From positions 1 through 60,698 of the forward strand of contig CAVWLW010000029.1 of assembly GCA_963755715.1 (NCBI GenBank): 60,698 bases of DNA, read 5' to 3'. Origin of the DNA: an uncultured delta proteobacterium (GTDB lineage: Bacteria > Desulfobacterota > Binatia > UBA9968). The notes under the pieces were generated by a model, which was not told the origin of the DNA, ran no database searches, and was given only the letters and a program-made list of their open reading frames with translations. The position numbers were made by a program, and so were the translations under genes. Of this stretch, positions 21,331-31,219 are shown piece by piece. Positions within the stretch are counted from its first letter, which is position 1. Each line of letters begins with the position of its first letter.

Positions 21331-22095
21331 GTGGCAGACAAAACATTGACCCTGGATCAATTTCGCACTTTGCGAAAGGACAACTGGTGGGTTGAGCCGT
21401 TGCTCGTCGTCGTGGTTCTGGGCGGATTCGCCGTCTATGCGACGTGGGCCGCTCTGCAGAATGCACACTATTTCGTGGAACCGTATCTTTCGCCATTCTA
21501 CTCGCCCTGCATCTCGGCGAATTGCACACACGTTAGCTTGCCGCTGATCGGTTCCTGGTGGAATCTTTCTCCGGCTTTCTTGATCTTGTGGATCCCCGGC
21601 GGTTTTCGCGCCACTTGCTATTATTATCGCAAAGCCTATTACCGCTCATTCTTTCGATCGCCGCCCGCCTGCGCCGTGCGTGATGCGTCAAAGACCTATA
21701 GCGGCGAGACGCGTTTTCCATTCCTATTGCAAAACCTGCATCGCTATTTTTTTTACCTATCGCTAGTCATTCTCGCTTTTCTATGGTGGGACGCCATACT
21801 CGCCTTCAAATTTCCCGACGGTTTCGGTTTGGGCCTGGGCACGATCGTGCTTTGCGTGAACGCCGCATTGCTGTCGTTGTTTAGTCTTTCTTGCAACTCC
21901 TGCCGGCATATTTGCGGCGGTTATTTGAATTCCTTCCACAGCGCGCCGAGCAAGTTCAAAACCTGGACTTTCATAAGCCAACTCAATGAAAAACATATGC
22001 AATACGCATGGGTGAGCTTGATCTGGGTCGCGCTTGCCGATCTTTACGTTCGCTTGCTTTCTATGGGCGCGATCTCCGATCTGAGGTTTTTCTGA
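21331..22095 (+). CDS. Succinate dehydrogenase membrane anchor, actinobacterial Sdh1 type
   Basis: YLSPFYSP, FRATCYYYRKAYYRSF, LQNLHRYFFY, SCNSCRH; directly precedes flavoprotein. Confidence 0.85.
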   Translation: MADKTLTLDQFRTLRKDNWWVEPLLVVVVLGGFAVYATWAALQNAHYFVEPYLSPFYSPCISANCTHVSLPLIGSWWNLSPAFLILWIPGGFRATCYYYRKAYYRSFFRSPPACAVRDASKTYSGETRFPFLLQNLHRYFFYLSLVILAFLWWDAILAFKFPDGFGLGLGTIVLCVNAALLSLFSLSCNSCRHICGGYLNSFHSAPSKFKTWTFISQLNEKHMQYAWVSLIWVALADLYVRLLSMGAISDLRFF

Positions 22096-23897
22096 TGGCT
22101 GAAGCAAAGTACGAAACCCACGAATACGACGTCGTTGTCATCGGCGCTGGCGGCGCTGGCCTGCGCGCCGCGGTCGAGTCATCCGCCCAAGGCGTCAAGA
22201 CCGCGCTCGTTTGTAAATCGCTGCTCGGCAAAGCCCATACGGTAATGGCGGAAGGCGGCATCGCGGCCGCGATGGGCAACGTCTATCCCGAAGACAATTG
22301 GAAAGTGCACTTCCGCGACACCATGCGCGGCGGAAAATTACTCAACAACTGGCGCATGGCGCAGATCCACGCCCAGGAATCGCCCGATCGCGTCCTTGAG
22401 CTCGAAGAATGGGGCGCCCTTTTCGACCGGACGAAAGAGGGTTTGATCTTGCAGCGCGACTTCGGCGGTCACCGCTACGCCCGGCTCGCCCACGTCGGCG
22501 ACCGCACCGGCCTGGAAATGATCCGCACGCTGCAACAACACGCCGTTCATAAAGGCATTGATGTTTACATGGAGTGCAACCTGCAGCGCCTGCTGACCGA
22601 CAGCGGACGGATTGCCGGCGCCTTCGGCTACTGGCGCGAGAGCGGCAAATTTATCATGTTCAAATGCAAAGCCGTCGTGCTCGCCACCGGCGGCGGCGGT
22701 AAAGCATGGAAAGTCACGTCGAACTCCTGGGAGTACACCGGCGACGGCGTCACCATGGCCGCGGATGTAGGCGCTGATCTGATGGACATGGAGTTCATGC
22801 AGTTTCATCCAACGGGCATGGTGTGGCCGCCCAGCGTGCGCGGCATTCTGGTGACCGAAGGCGTGCGCGGCGACGGCGGGACGTTGAAGAACACCGAAGG
22901 CAAGCGCTTCATGTTCAACTACATTCCTGAGTTCTTCAGAGCAGAGACGGCCGAGACCGAAAAAGAAGCGGACGCGTGGTACGAGGACAAAAGAAATAAT
23001 CGTCGAACACCCGATTTACTGCCGCGCGACGAAGTCGCGCGGGCGATCAACTCGGAAGTAAAGGCCGGCCGCGGTACGCCCCACGGCGGGGTTTTCCTCG
23101 ACATCGCATCGCGCCGCCCCGCCGACTATATCCAAAAGCGCCTTCCGTCGATGTACCACCAGTTTAAAGAACTGGCGGATGTCGACATCACCAAAGAAGC
23201 GATGGAAGTGGGACCGACCTGCCACTATTCGATGGGCGGCGTACGCGTGAATGCCGACACGACGGCGACGACCGTTCCCGGACTTTTCGCCGCCGGCGAG
23301 GTCGCCGCCGGACTTCACGGAGCCAACCGGCTCGGCGGCAACTCGCTGTCGGATCTTTTGGTATTCGGCCGGCGCGCCGGTCTTTATGCAGCTGAATATG
23401 TAAAATCGTTTTCCGGCTCTTTAAACGTGAATAACACTCAGGCCGAAGCGTACGCCAACACCATGCTTGCGCCCTTTGAAAGCAAGGGAAACGAAAATCC
23501 TTACACGATTCACGCCGATCTGCAGGAAACCATGCAAAATCTGGTGGGCATCATTCGCGCCGAGTCCGAATTGAAACAGGCGCTCGAGATAATCGATAAG
23601 CTGAAACAGCGCACCCACAAGGTCAAAGTCGAAGGCAACCGGCATTACAATCCCGGCTGGCATCTCGCCTTGGATCTGCATTCGCTGCTGACATTCGCCG
23701 AAGCGGCGACCCTGGCCGCGATCGAAAGAAAAGAAAGCCGCGGCGGCCATACTCGCGACGACTTTCCCAATACGGACCCCAAGTTTGCCAAGGTCAACGT
23801 GATCGTGCGGATGAAGAACGGTGAACTGGCTCTCGCGCAAGAGCCGCTGCCTGAAATGCCGGACGAATTAAAAGCACTGCTCGAGGAGAAACAGTAA
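22095..23897 (+). CDS. sdhA: Succinate dehydrogenase/fumarate reductase flavoprotein subunit
   Basis: GAGGAG, AHTVMAEGG (FAD His), QFHPTG, TEGVRGDGG, HGANRLGGNSL, ESRGGH. Confidence 0.95.
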   Translation: MAEAKYETHEYDVVVIGAGGAGLRAAVESSAQGVKTALVCKSLLGKAHTVMAEGGIAAAMGNVYPEDNWKVHFRDTMRGGKLLNNWRMAQIHAQESPDRVLELEEWGALFDRTKEGLILQRDFGGHRYARLAHVGDRTGLEMIRTLQQHAVHKGIDVYMECNLQRLLTDSGRIAGAFGYWRESGKFIMFKCKAVVLATGGGGKAWKVTSNSWEYTGDGVTMAADVGADLMDMEFMQFHPTGMVWPPSVRGILVTEGVRGDGGTLKNTEGKRFMFNYIPEFFRAETAETEKEADAWYEDKRNNRRTPDLLPRDEVARAINSEVKAGRGTPHGGVFLDIASRRPADYIQKRLPSMYHQFKELADVDITKEAMEVGPTCHYSMGGVRVNADTTATTVPGLFAAGEVAAGLHGANRLGGNSLSDLLVFGRRAGLYAAEYVKSFSGSLNVNNTQAEAYANTMLAPFESKGNENPYTIHADLQETMQNLVGIIRAESELKQALEIIDKLKQRTHKVKVEGNRHYNPGWHLALDLHSLLTFAEAATLAAIERKESRGGHTRDDFPNTDPKFAKVNVIVRMKNGELALAQEPLPEMPDELKALLEEKQ

Positions 23898-24652
23898 TGG
23901 CCGATCAACAAGTCCATATGCGGGTGTGGCGTGGCGATGCCGAGGGCGGCGAGTTTCGAGACTATCGCATCGCCGTCGGCGAAGGGATGGTGGTGTTGGA
24001 CGTAATTCACGCGATCCAGGCGCAGCAGGCAAACGATCTGGCAGTGCGCTGGAACTGCAAGGCCGGCAAGTGCGGCTCCTGCAGCGCTGAAGTAAATGGC
24101 AAGCCTCGGCTGATGTGCATGACTCGGATGAACCTCTTCCAACCCGGCGAAACCATCACCGTCTCTCCCATGCGGACTTTCCCGATCATCCGCGATCTAG
24201 TGACCGATGTCTCGTTCAATTTCAAGAAAGCGCGCGATGTCCCCGCGTTCAAACCCAAACCGAAGGAAGCCGACGGCACGCGCCGAATGTATCAAGAAGA
24301 TATCGACCGGGTCCAGGAATTTCACAAATGCATCGAGTGCTTTCTTTGTCAAAACGTTTGTCATGTGATTCGCGATCACGACGACAACAAGCCGGCCTTC
24401 GCCGGGCCGCGCCTTTTCGTGCGCTTAGCGGCGCTCGAGATGCATCCCCTCGATACCAACGATCGGATGGAATTGATCAAGCAAAAAGCGGGGATCGGAT
24501 ATTGCAACATTACCAAATGCTGCACCGAAGTGTGTCCGGAGCACATTCACATCACCGACAATGCGATCATTCCATTGAAAGAAAGAATCGTTGATCGCTA
24601 TTACGATCCGATCGCGAAGCTTATCGGTCTGTTCTCGAGCAAAAATAAATAA
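23897..24652 (+). CDS. sdhB: Succinate dehydrogenase/fumarate reductase iron-sulfur subunit
   Basis: CKAGKCGSC, CIECFLCQNVC, CNITKCCTEVCP. Confidence 0.95.
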   Translation: MADQQVHMRVWRGDAEGGEFRDYRIAVGEGMVVLDVIHAIQAQQANDLAVRWNCKAGKCGSCSAEVNGKPRLMCMTRMNLFQPGETITVSPMRTFPIIRDLVTDVSFNFKKARDVPAFKPKPKEADGTRRMYQEDIDRVQEFHKCIECFLCQNVCHVIRDHDDNKPAFAGPRLFVRLAALEMHPLDTNDRMELIKQKAGIGYCNITKCCTEVCPEHIHITDNAIIPLKERIVDRYYDPIAKLIGLFSSKNK

Positions 24653-24740
24653 CGCGGGGGCCACGCAACCACGATGGCTAGGGTTAGAGCCGAAAAACTT
24701 GAGCGAGGAAATTGTGCTGGAACAGCAGGAAACCTACGCG

Positions 24741-25262
24741 TTACTCGCGGGCGCGCCGCCTCAAATACATCTTAACCCAGTAATCATAGAGTGAAGCGAC
24801 CGTGAATTTTTCGACCAGCGTTCGTTTGAGAGCCGAATCGTATTCGATCGCAATGTCCTGCCCTTCGATCGTGACGCCTAACAGCCGGCCCTGTTTCTGA
24901 TCCACGAAGGCGCCCACCGCGCGAAGAATCTGCGAGAGCGTATGGGCTTCCGGGCTACCGCCGGCACCTTTTCTTTTAGTTTGCCCCTCGGTGTCCATGC
25001 GCGCGATGTCATCCTGCGTGTAACGGAGCTCCAAAGTTCCGGAGGATGGCTGCGCTTCAGGTTCTGGCTTTTTGCGCCGGAAAAGTTGCCAGGTTACCCG
25101 TAGCGAAACCTCGCCGGCTGATGGCGCCGGCGTCTGCCGCTTCTGCGCACGCACTGAAACGCCTCCTTCATCGACTCGCAATGACAATGATTCGATCTGG
25201 AGCGGCTCCAACATTTGGCCAACCGGACGAAGAATCTGCGAGAAATTCAAACTGGGCGGCAT
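24741..25262 (-). CDS. Hypothetical protein, paralog of 25541-26143
   Basis: Shares LELRYT..DI.R...GQ.KR, LSQILR.VGA, LYDYWVKMY with the neighbour. Confidence 0.8.
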   Translation of the reverse strand: MPPSLNFSQILRPVGQMLEPLQIESLSLRVDEGGVSVRAQKRQTPAPSAGEVSLRVTWQLFRRKKPEPEAQPSSGTLELRYTQDDIARMDTEGQTKRKGAGGSPEAHTLSQILRAVGAFVDQKQGRLLGVTIEGQDIAIEYDSALKRTLVEKFTVASLYDYWVKMYLRRRARE

Positions 25263-25304
25263 AAAACTGGATCGCGTGAAAAATTGGTGATCGGCGTTAA
25301 GCTA

Positions 25305-25486
25305 TCAAACGAGAGTTCGAACCATGATCGGCGGTGCGTTTTTATCCATGCGCACCCATTCATCGTAGAGTAAAGGACACTGTATTATTCTTCAGTTGTC
25401 TTTTTCCCACCGGCTATCGAGCTTAAGGGCGAAGCAATCGATGCGCAGCGCTTCGAAATCTGTCCGTAGTGAACTCCTGCAATCAT
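25305..25486 (-). pseudogene. Internally deleted third paralog of the same hypothetical family
   Basis: Reverse strand: RBS + MIAGVHYGQ.., FEALRIDCFALKLD, and LYDEWVRM, matching both ends of the flanking paralogs. Confidence 0.6.
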
Positions 25487-25540
25487 CCGTTCCCCTTGCC
25501 TTAAAAAAACCTCCGAAGCCAGCGCCGGGGACTTACCGTT

Positions 25541-26143
25541 TCAATGACTCTCGCGTTCCGCCCGTTGCATGTACATGCGCACCCAAAGGTCATACATTTG
25601 ACTCACCTCGAGAGTTTCCTTGTGAATGCTTCCCAGAGATGTTTCGTATTCGACGGAAACTGCTTCGGCGTTGCGCGCTATCTTAACCAAACGCGCCGCC
25701 TTCTGATTCAGATAGGCGCCGACACACCGCAGAATTTGCGATAGGCTTGAAGTATCCGGCACTCGATGCGGATCCGACCTCTTTGCTTGGCCCTCCTGCT
25801 CAAGTCGATCGACATCTTTCCTCGTGTACTGTAATTCAATCGGCGTGAGAACCGGCGCCACCTTGGTCTCGTCTAAATCGGGGTTTGCGCGTTCAGTCTC
25901 GGGGAGTTTACCCCAGACTGCGTTTAGTTTTTCCAGCGATAAGCGATCTTCCGATAATTCCGGGTGAGCCGCGGCCAAAATCCCCTTGACGTAAAAGTCC
26001 TCGCCCACCGGCTCGATCTCAAAGCTCGTGAGGTTTAGGGTTTCCAAGGCCTGGCCAATAGCTCGTAACGGTTGCGCGTAACCGATCATTCCGCTCATCA
26101 CCCCTCCCCTCGTCTCCACGACTTCGTCCTGAGCAAGTGACAT
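25541..26143 (-). CDS. Hypothetical protein, paralog of 24741-25262
   Basis: IELQYTRKDVDRLEQEGQAKR, LSQILRCVGAYL, MYDLWVRMY; start uncertain (26176/26143/26098). Confidence 0.8.
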   Translation of the reverse strand: MSLAQDEVVETRGGVMSGMIGYAQPLRAIGQALETLNLTSFEIEPVGEDFYVKGILAAAHPELSEDRLSLEKLNAVWGKLPETERANPDLDETKVAPVLTPIELQYTRKDVDRLEQEGQAKRSDPHRVPDTSSLSQILRCVGAYLNQKAARLVKIARNAEAVSVEYETSLGSIHKETLEVSQMYDLWVRMYMQRAERESH

Positions 26144-26301
26144 CTGGTGCCCCCTTTCCTTGCCATATTCGAACAACAGTATAACTGCTTTTTACGCCCG
26201 ACTTGAAAAATTGTCAAGAAATTTAAGGGGCTTATCTAAGCCTAATCCCTCCTCAAGCGCTCTAAACGTCATCGGTCGATAAATTTAGCCTGGCGCGAGC
26301 G

Positions 26302-27474
26302 CTAGTTCTTACGCAAGCGGAACCCGGCGGCCATCTGAAGCTGCTCGGGCCCGTTGTTTTCCAGTCCCGGTGCTTGGTCTGGCACCGGTTCTTGATCGAC
26401 CTTGAGCCCCGCAAGCTTGATTTTTAGCCTCAGATTATTTGCGCTATCGGCATTGATCAACGCTTGGTCCAAGTTGATAATCCCATCGCGGTAAAGCGCA
26501 AAAAGCGCCTGATCGAAGGTTTGGCATCCTTCCTGGATTCCCTGCTCCATCGCTTGTTTCAACGTGTCCACTTCGCCTTTTTTGATCAGATCTTTGATCC
26601 GCGGCGTATCCATCAAAATTTCCAGCGCCGCTACGCGCTTTCCCTCCACGGATGGAATCAGCCGCTGGGAAACAATCGAACGCAAATTCAGAGAAAGCTG
26701 CAAATAGATCTGTGCATGGCGCTCGGAGGGGAAAAAATTCATGATCCGCTCGATCGCTTGGTTGGCGTTGTTGGAGTGCAGAGTACCGAGACAGAGATGT
26801 CCCGTTTCCGCGAATGTGATCGCCGCCTCCATGGTTTCCGTGTCGCGGATCTCGCCGATCAAGATCACGTCCGGCGCTTGGCGCAAGGTATTTTTAAGCG
26901 CCGCCTGAAACGAATGCGTGTCGAATCCCACTTCGCGCTGCGTGATAATGGAGCGCTTGTGCCGGTGCACGAATTCGATCGGATCTTCGATGGTGATGAT
27001 GTGGCCGGCTTCGTGGGTGTTTCGATGATCGATCATTGCGGCCAACGACGTCGATTTGCCCGAGCCCGTAGCACCGACCACCAAAACCAAGCCGCGCTTG
27101 GTCATGACGATATCGCCAAGGATCGCCGGCAGGCCCATTTGCTCCACCGATAAGACGTCGGCCTTGATGCGCCGTATCACCATGCCTACCGAGCCGCGCT
27201 GCTGAAATATATTTACGCGGAAACGCGAAACTCCGGGCAGGGACATCGCCATGTTCATTTCCATCGTTTCGGTGAATTCCTGCTTTTGCTTGTCATTCAT
27301 GATCGCCTGGGCGATATCCCTAAGCTCCTCCGGCGTAAAGGGATGATCGCCGCCCACTTCGATCTTCCCCTCGGTGCGATACATGGGTGGCTTGGCGACC
27401 GTGAGATAGAGATCCGACGCCTCTATTTCAACCATCTTGCGAAAGAAGTCTTCGATGTTCACCGTTGTCTCCAA
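26302..27474 (-). CDS. pilU: Type IV pilus retraction ATPase PilU
   Basis: GATGSGKSTSL, TIEDPIE, LRQAPDVILIGEIRD, GTLHSNNANQAIERI; follows pilT. Confidence 0.93.
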   Translation of the reverse strand: METTVNIEDFFRKMVEIEASDLYLTVAKPPMYRTEGKIEVGGDHPFTPEELRDIAQAIMNDKQKQEFTETMEMNMAMSLPGVSRFRVNIFQQRGSVGMVIRRIKADVLSVEQMGLPAILGDIVMTKRGLVLVVGATGSGKSTSLAAMIDHRNTHEAGHIITIEDPIEFVHRHKRSIITQREVGFDTHSFQAALKNTLRQAPDVILIGEIRDTETMEAAITFAETGHLCLGTLHSNNANQAIERIMNFFPSERHAQIYLQLSLNLRSIVSQRLIPSVEGKRVAALEILMDTPRIKDLIKKGEVDTLKQAMEQGIQEGCQTFDQALFALYRDGIINLDQALINADSANNLRLKIKLAGLKVDQEPVPDQAPGLENNGPEQLQMAAGFRLRKN

Positions 27475-27499
27475 GAAAATCTTTCTTTTTCTCGTTCGC

Positions 27500-28570
27500 T
27501 CAGATGCGCCCGCCGGCGGCGGCCGTCGGCGCCGCGCCGAAGAGATTGGCCGTCATGCTTTTCGATTGCGCTTCCTCGCGTGTCACCACGCCGCGCGAAA
27601 CCAGGTTGGTCAGGGCCATGTCCATGGTCTGCATGCCGTCTTTCTGACTCACTTGCATGGTGCCGGGAATCTGATGGATCTTGCCTTCGCGGATAAGATT
27701 CCGAACCGCGGTGGTGCCGGTCAGGATCTCCAGCGCCGCCGCTCTTCCTCCCGCTTTCTTTTTGAGCAAGGTTTGCGTCAGCACGGCTTCGATGGATTCG
27801 GCGAATTGGGCGCGAATCTGCGACTGTTGAGTGGGCGGAAAAACGTCGATGATACGATCGACGGTCTTGGGCGCGCTCGAAGTATGCAACGTGCCGAAGA
27901 CGATATGACCGGTTTCCGCGGCAGTCAAAGCGAGTTGGATGGTTTCCAAGTCGCGCATTTCGCCGACCAGAATGATATCGGGGTCTTCACGCAAAGCGGC
28001 CCGCAACGCGTTGGCGAAAGAGTGAGTGTGCGGCCCCAACTCGCGCTGGTTGACCAGGCATTTTTTCGACTGGTGTACGAACTCGATCGGATCCTCGACC
28101 GTTAAAATGTGGCCCTCGAAGGTGTTGTTGAGATAATCGATCATGGCCGCCAAGGTTGTCGATTTGCCGGAACCGGTGGGGCCCGTGACTAGAATCAAGC
28201 CCTTCTCCTTTTCGCACATTTGTTTCAGAATCGGCGGCATGCCGAGCTCTTCGAGAGTCAAGATTTTAGTCGGAATGGTTCGAAACACGGCGCCCTCGCC
28301 CTTTCTTTGTAGAAATACATTGACGCGAAAACGCGCCACTTGGCCCAACTCGAATGAGAAATCACATTCATGAGTTTCTTCGAAGGCTTTTCTTTGGGCA
28401 TCGTTCATGATGTCGTAAATCAACGCGTGCACGTCCTCTTTCGACAGTGCCGGATGGTCGAGTTTCTTGAGATCGCCGTCGATACGAATCAACGGCGGTT
28501 CCCCCGCGCTCAAATGGCAGTCGCTTGCACCTTGATCCACCCCAAAGACCAAAAGCTGGGTAATATCCAT
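27500..28570 (-). CDS. pilT: Type IV pilus retraction ATPase PilT
   Basis: MDITQLL, GPTGSGKSTTL, ALREDPDIILVGEMRD, AVRNLIRE (AIRNLIRE motif), GMQTMD. Confidence 0.96.
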   Translation of the reverse strand: MDITQLLVFGVDQGASDCHLSAGEPPLIRIDGDLKKLDHPALSKEDVHALIYDIMNDAQRKAFEETHECDFSFELGQVARFRVNVFLQRKGEGAVFRTIPTKILTLEELGMPPILKQMCEKEKGLILVTGPTGSGKSTTLAAMIDYLNNTFEGHILTVEDPIEFVHQSKKCLVNQRELGPHTHSFANALRAALREDPDIILVGEMRDLETIQLALTAAETGHIVFGTLHTSSAPKTVDRIIDVFPPTQQSQIRAQFAESIEAVLTQTLLKKKAGGRAAALEILTGTTAVRNLIREGKIHQIPGTMQVSQKDGMQTMDMALTNLVSRGVVTREEAQSKSMTANLFGAAPTAAAGGRI

Positions 28571-28785
28571 AAGCCCTCGACTCCTGACTTTTTATGAAAG
28601 AATTTTATTATAACAGCGCAGAAGCTGTAAAGATTATTATCGAATTGGCAGGCTTAGGCGAGCAATAAGAGGACCAGCTTACGCCTGGATTTCATACGAT
28701 CCAACCAACGCTTATTTCGACGTTGGCAAAAAACTTGAATTTATCTTTAGAAGTAGATACTTGTGATGTCTTCCGGAGTAAATGA

Positions 28786-29567
28786 ATGGCATCAGTCACA
28801 GGCAAAATCGCTTTAGTTACAGGCGGCGGGACCGGCATCGGCAAAGCGATAGCAGCCGCATTGGCGCAAAAAGGTGCGAAAGTGGCCATCGCTTCGCGGA
28901 CTTCGGCTCATGTCGAAGGCGCCGCCCAAGAGCTGCAAAGCCGCGGTCTTGCGGTGCTGGCGCTGCGGCTCGATGTAACAAAAAAATCGGACATTGAGCG
29001 GGGTATCGAAGCGCTCCTGTCTCAGTGGGGCCCGCCGCATATCCTGGTGAATAACGCCGGCATATCGGGGCTCAGCATGATCGATGATCCTGACGATGGC
29101 CAGTGGTTCGACATCGTCAACACGAACCTCAACGGCCTATACCTCATCACCAAAGCCGTGCTGCGCCATATGCCCAATCAAGCCGGTGGACGGGTGATCA
29201 ATATTTCATCGGTGCTGGGAAAATTCGGCGTCCCCGGTTACACGGCTTATTGCACCACCAAACACGGTGTAATCGGCTTTACGCGCGCCCTTGCTTTAGA
29301 AGTGGTGAGCCGGGGAATTACCGTGAATACCGTTTGCCCGGGTTGGGTCGACACCGAGATGGCGGCCCTCGGCATCAAAGAAACCGCGGCGCTCCAAGGT
29401 ATCACGCCGGAAGAGTTCAAAGCGCAAGCGATCGCGGCCGTGCCAATAAGACGATTTCTCGAAGCCGACGAAGTCGCCGAGCTCGTTTGCCTACATTGCT
29501 TCGGATGCGGCTGCGCGGTATTACCGGGCAAGCGATCAACATTTGCGGCGGTCAAACCATGATGTGA
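28786..29567 (+). CDS. SDR family oxidoreductase (frameshift near 29495)
   Basis: TGGGTGIG, NNAG, YCTTKHG, VCPGWVDT; shifted frame ends ITGQAINICGGQTMM. Confidence 0.92.
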
Positions 29568-29614
29568 GGCCGGCAACTTGAATTGGCTGCGATATTGATT
29601 GATCGGATAGAAAC

Positions 29615-31144
29615 GTGAGCACTGATAAAATCATCGTTCGTAATCCGGCAACCCTCCAAGTCGTCGGCGAATTGGCGGTCGCGCAGCCTGCGGATGTCGT
29701 TGCCGCCGTGGAGCGCGGGCGCGTAGCCCAGGCGATTTGGCGACAGACCAGCCTCGCGCAACGCGCCCAAATCCTATACCGGCTAAGAGACCTGTTGCTC
29801 GACGAAGGCGAAAAGCTCGCCGATATCTTGACCTCGGAAACCGGCCGGCCACGTGCCGAAGTCTATGGCAATGAGCTTTTTTATCTGTGCGACGCAATCG
29901 GCATGTGGGCGAAAAAAAGTTCAGTTTATCTTCGGCCTGAAAAAATCCGGCCGAGCTTTCCTTTACTTAAAGCAAAAAAAGTTATTTCCGCCTATCAACC
30001 GCACGGCGTGATCGGCATCATCAGCCCGTGGAATTTCCCGTTGACCTTGACGCTCGGCGAGGCGATTCCCGCGCTCATGGCCGGCAACGCGGTGGTCATA
30101 AAGCCTTCGGAACTGACGCCGCTGTCGGCGCTCTTCGGCGCCGAGATCGCCGCAAAATCCGGCTTTCCGGAAAATCTTTTGCAAGTCGTTGCCGGTTACG
30201 GTGCCGCCGGCGAGGCGCTCATCGATTGCGCCGATATGATCGCCTTCACCGGCAGCGTTGAGACCGGCAAGAAGGTGATGCGCCGCGCAGCGGACCGTTT
30301 GCTGCCGGTTTCTCTGGAGCTCGGTGGCAAAGATCCGATGATCGTTCTCAAAGACGCCGATCTCGATCGTGCCGCCGGCGCCTGCGTTTGGGGCGCGTTG
30401 ATGAACTGCGGCCAAACCTGCACGTCCATCGAGCGCGTCTATGTCGAGGCACCGGTCTATGCGCAATTTGTCGATAAGATCGTCGCGCGTGTACAAGCTA
30501 TCCGCCAGGGTCCTAGCGAAAACGAAGTCGAGGTCGGCTGCTTGACGTCCGAAGCGCAACTCAAAGAGATTGAAACCCAGGTTGACGAAGCTTTGGCCAA
30601 AGGCGCAAAGGCGTTGACCGGCGGACGGCGCAATCCCAATCTACCTGGATATTATTATGAGCCCACGGTTGTGGTCGACGCCGACCATTCCATGAAACTC
30701 CTGACCGAAGAAACCTTCGGACCGATCATTCCTATTGTTAAGGTCAAGGATGCCGATGACGCCCTCCGCATGGCGAATGACTCCCGCTACGGTCTGAGCG
30801 GGTGCGTTTTTGCCGGCGACAAAGCGCTGGCGCAACGGCTCGCCGAAGAAATGAACAATGGCTCGGTCTCGATTAACGATAGCCTGGTCAGCTTTATCGT
30901 CACCGACGCGCCCATGGGCGCTCGTAAAGACAGCGGTTTTGGTTATCGCCACGGCGCTGCCGGAATACGCAAGTTTTGCCAGCAAAAAACCATCGTGATC
31001 GATCGCTTTGGGCTCAAGGAAGAGTTCCCGTGGTATCCGGCGACGAGGAAAAAATCCGTACAGATTCGCCACTTGCTCAATTTGCTCTGTCACAGCGGTT
31101 GGAGCCACAAACTGCGCGCGCTGAAGGAACTGATAAAAGCCTAG
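29615..31144 (+). CDS. Aldehyde dehydrogenase family protein
   Basis: ISPWNFP, FTGSVETG, LELGGKDP, NCGQTC, EETFGP. Confidence 0.95.
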   Translation: MSTDKIIVRNPATLQVVGELAVAQPADVVAAVERGRVAQAIWRQTSLAQRAQILYRLRDLLLDEGEKLADILTSETGRPRAEVYGNELFYLCDAIGMWAKKSSVYLRPEKIRPSFPLLKAKKVISAYQPHGVIGIISPWNFPLTLTLGEAIPALMAGNAVVIKPSELTPLSALFGAEIAAKSGFPENLLQVVAGYGAAGEALIDCADMIAFTGSVETGKKVMRRAADRLLPVSLELGGKDPMIVLKDADLDRAAGACVWGALMNCGQTCTSIERVYVEAPVYAQFVDKIVARVQAIRQGPSENEVEVGCLTSEAQLKEIETQVDEALAKGAKALTGGRRNPNLPGYYYEPTVVVDADHSMKLLTEETFGPIIPIVKVKDADDALRMANDSRYGLSGCVFAGDKALAQRLAEEMNNGSVSINDSLVSFIVTDAPMGARKDSGFGYRHGAAGIRKFCQQKTIVIDRFGLKEEFPWYPATRKKSVQIRHLLNLLCHSGWSHKLRALKELIKA

Positions 31145-31219
31145 CTCCTTGAACTCGCGGAATGATTCGACTAATTAAGAGAGATATTCTAAGCGAGAAA
31201 TCGATCACAGGAGAATTCA

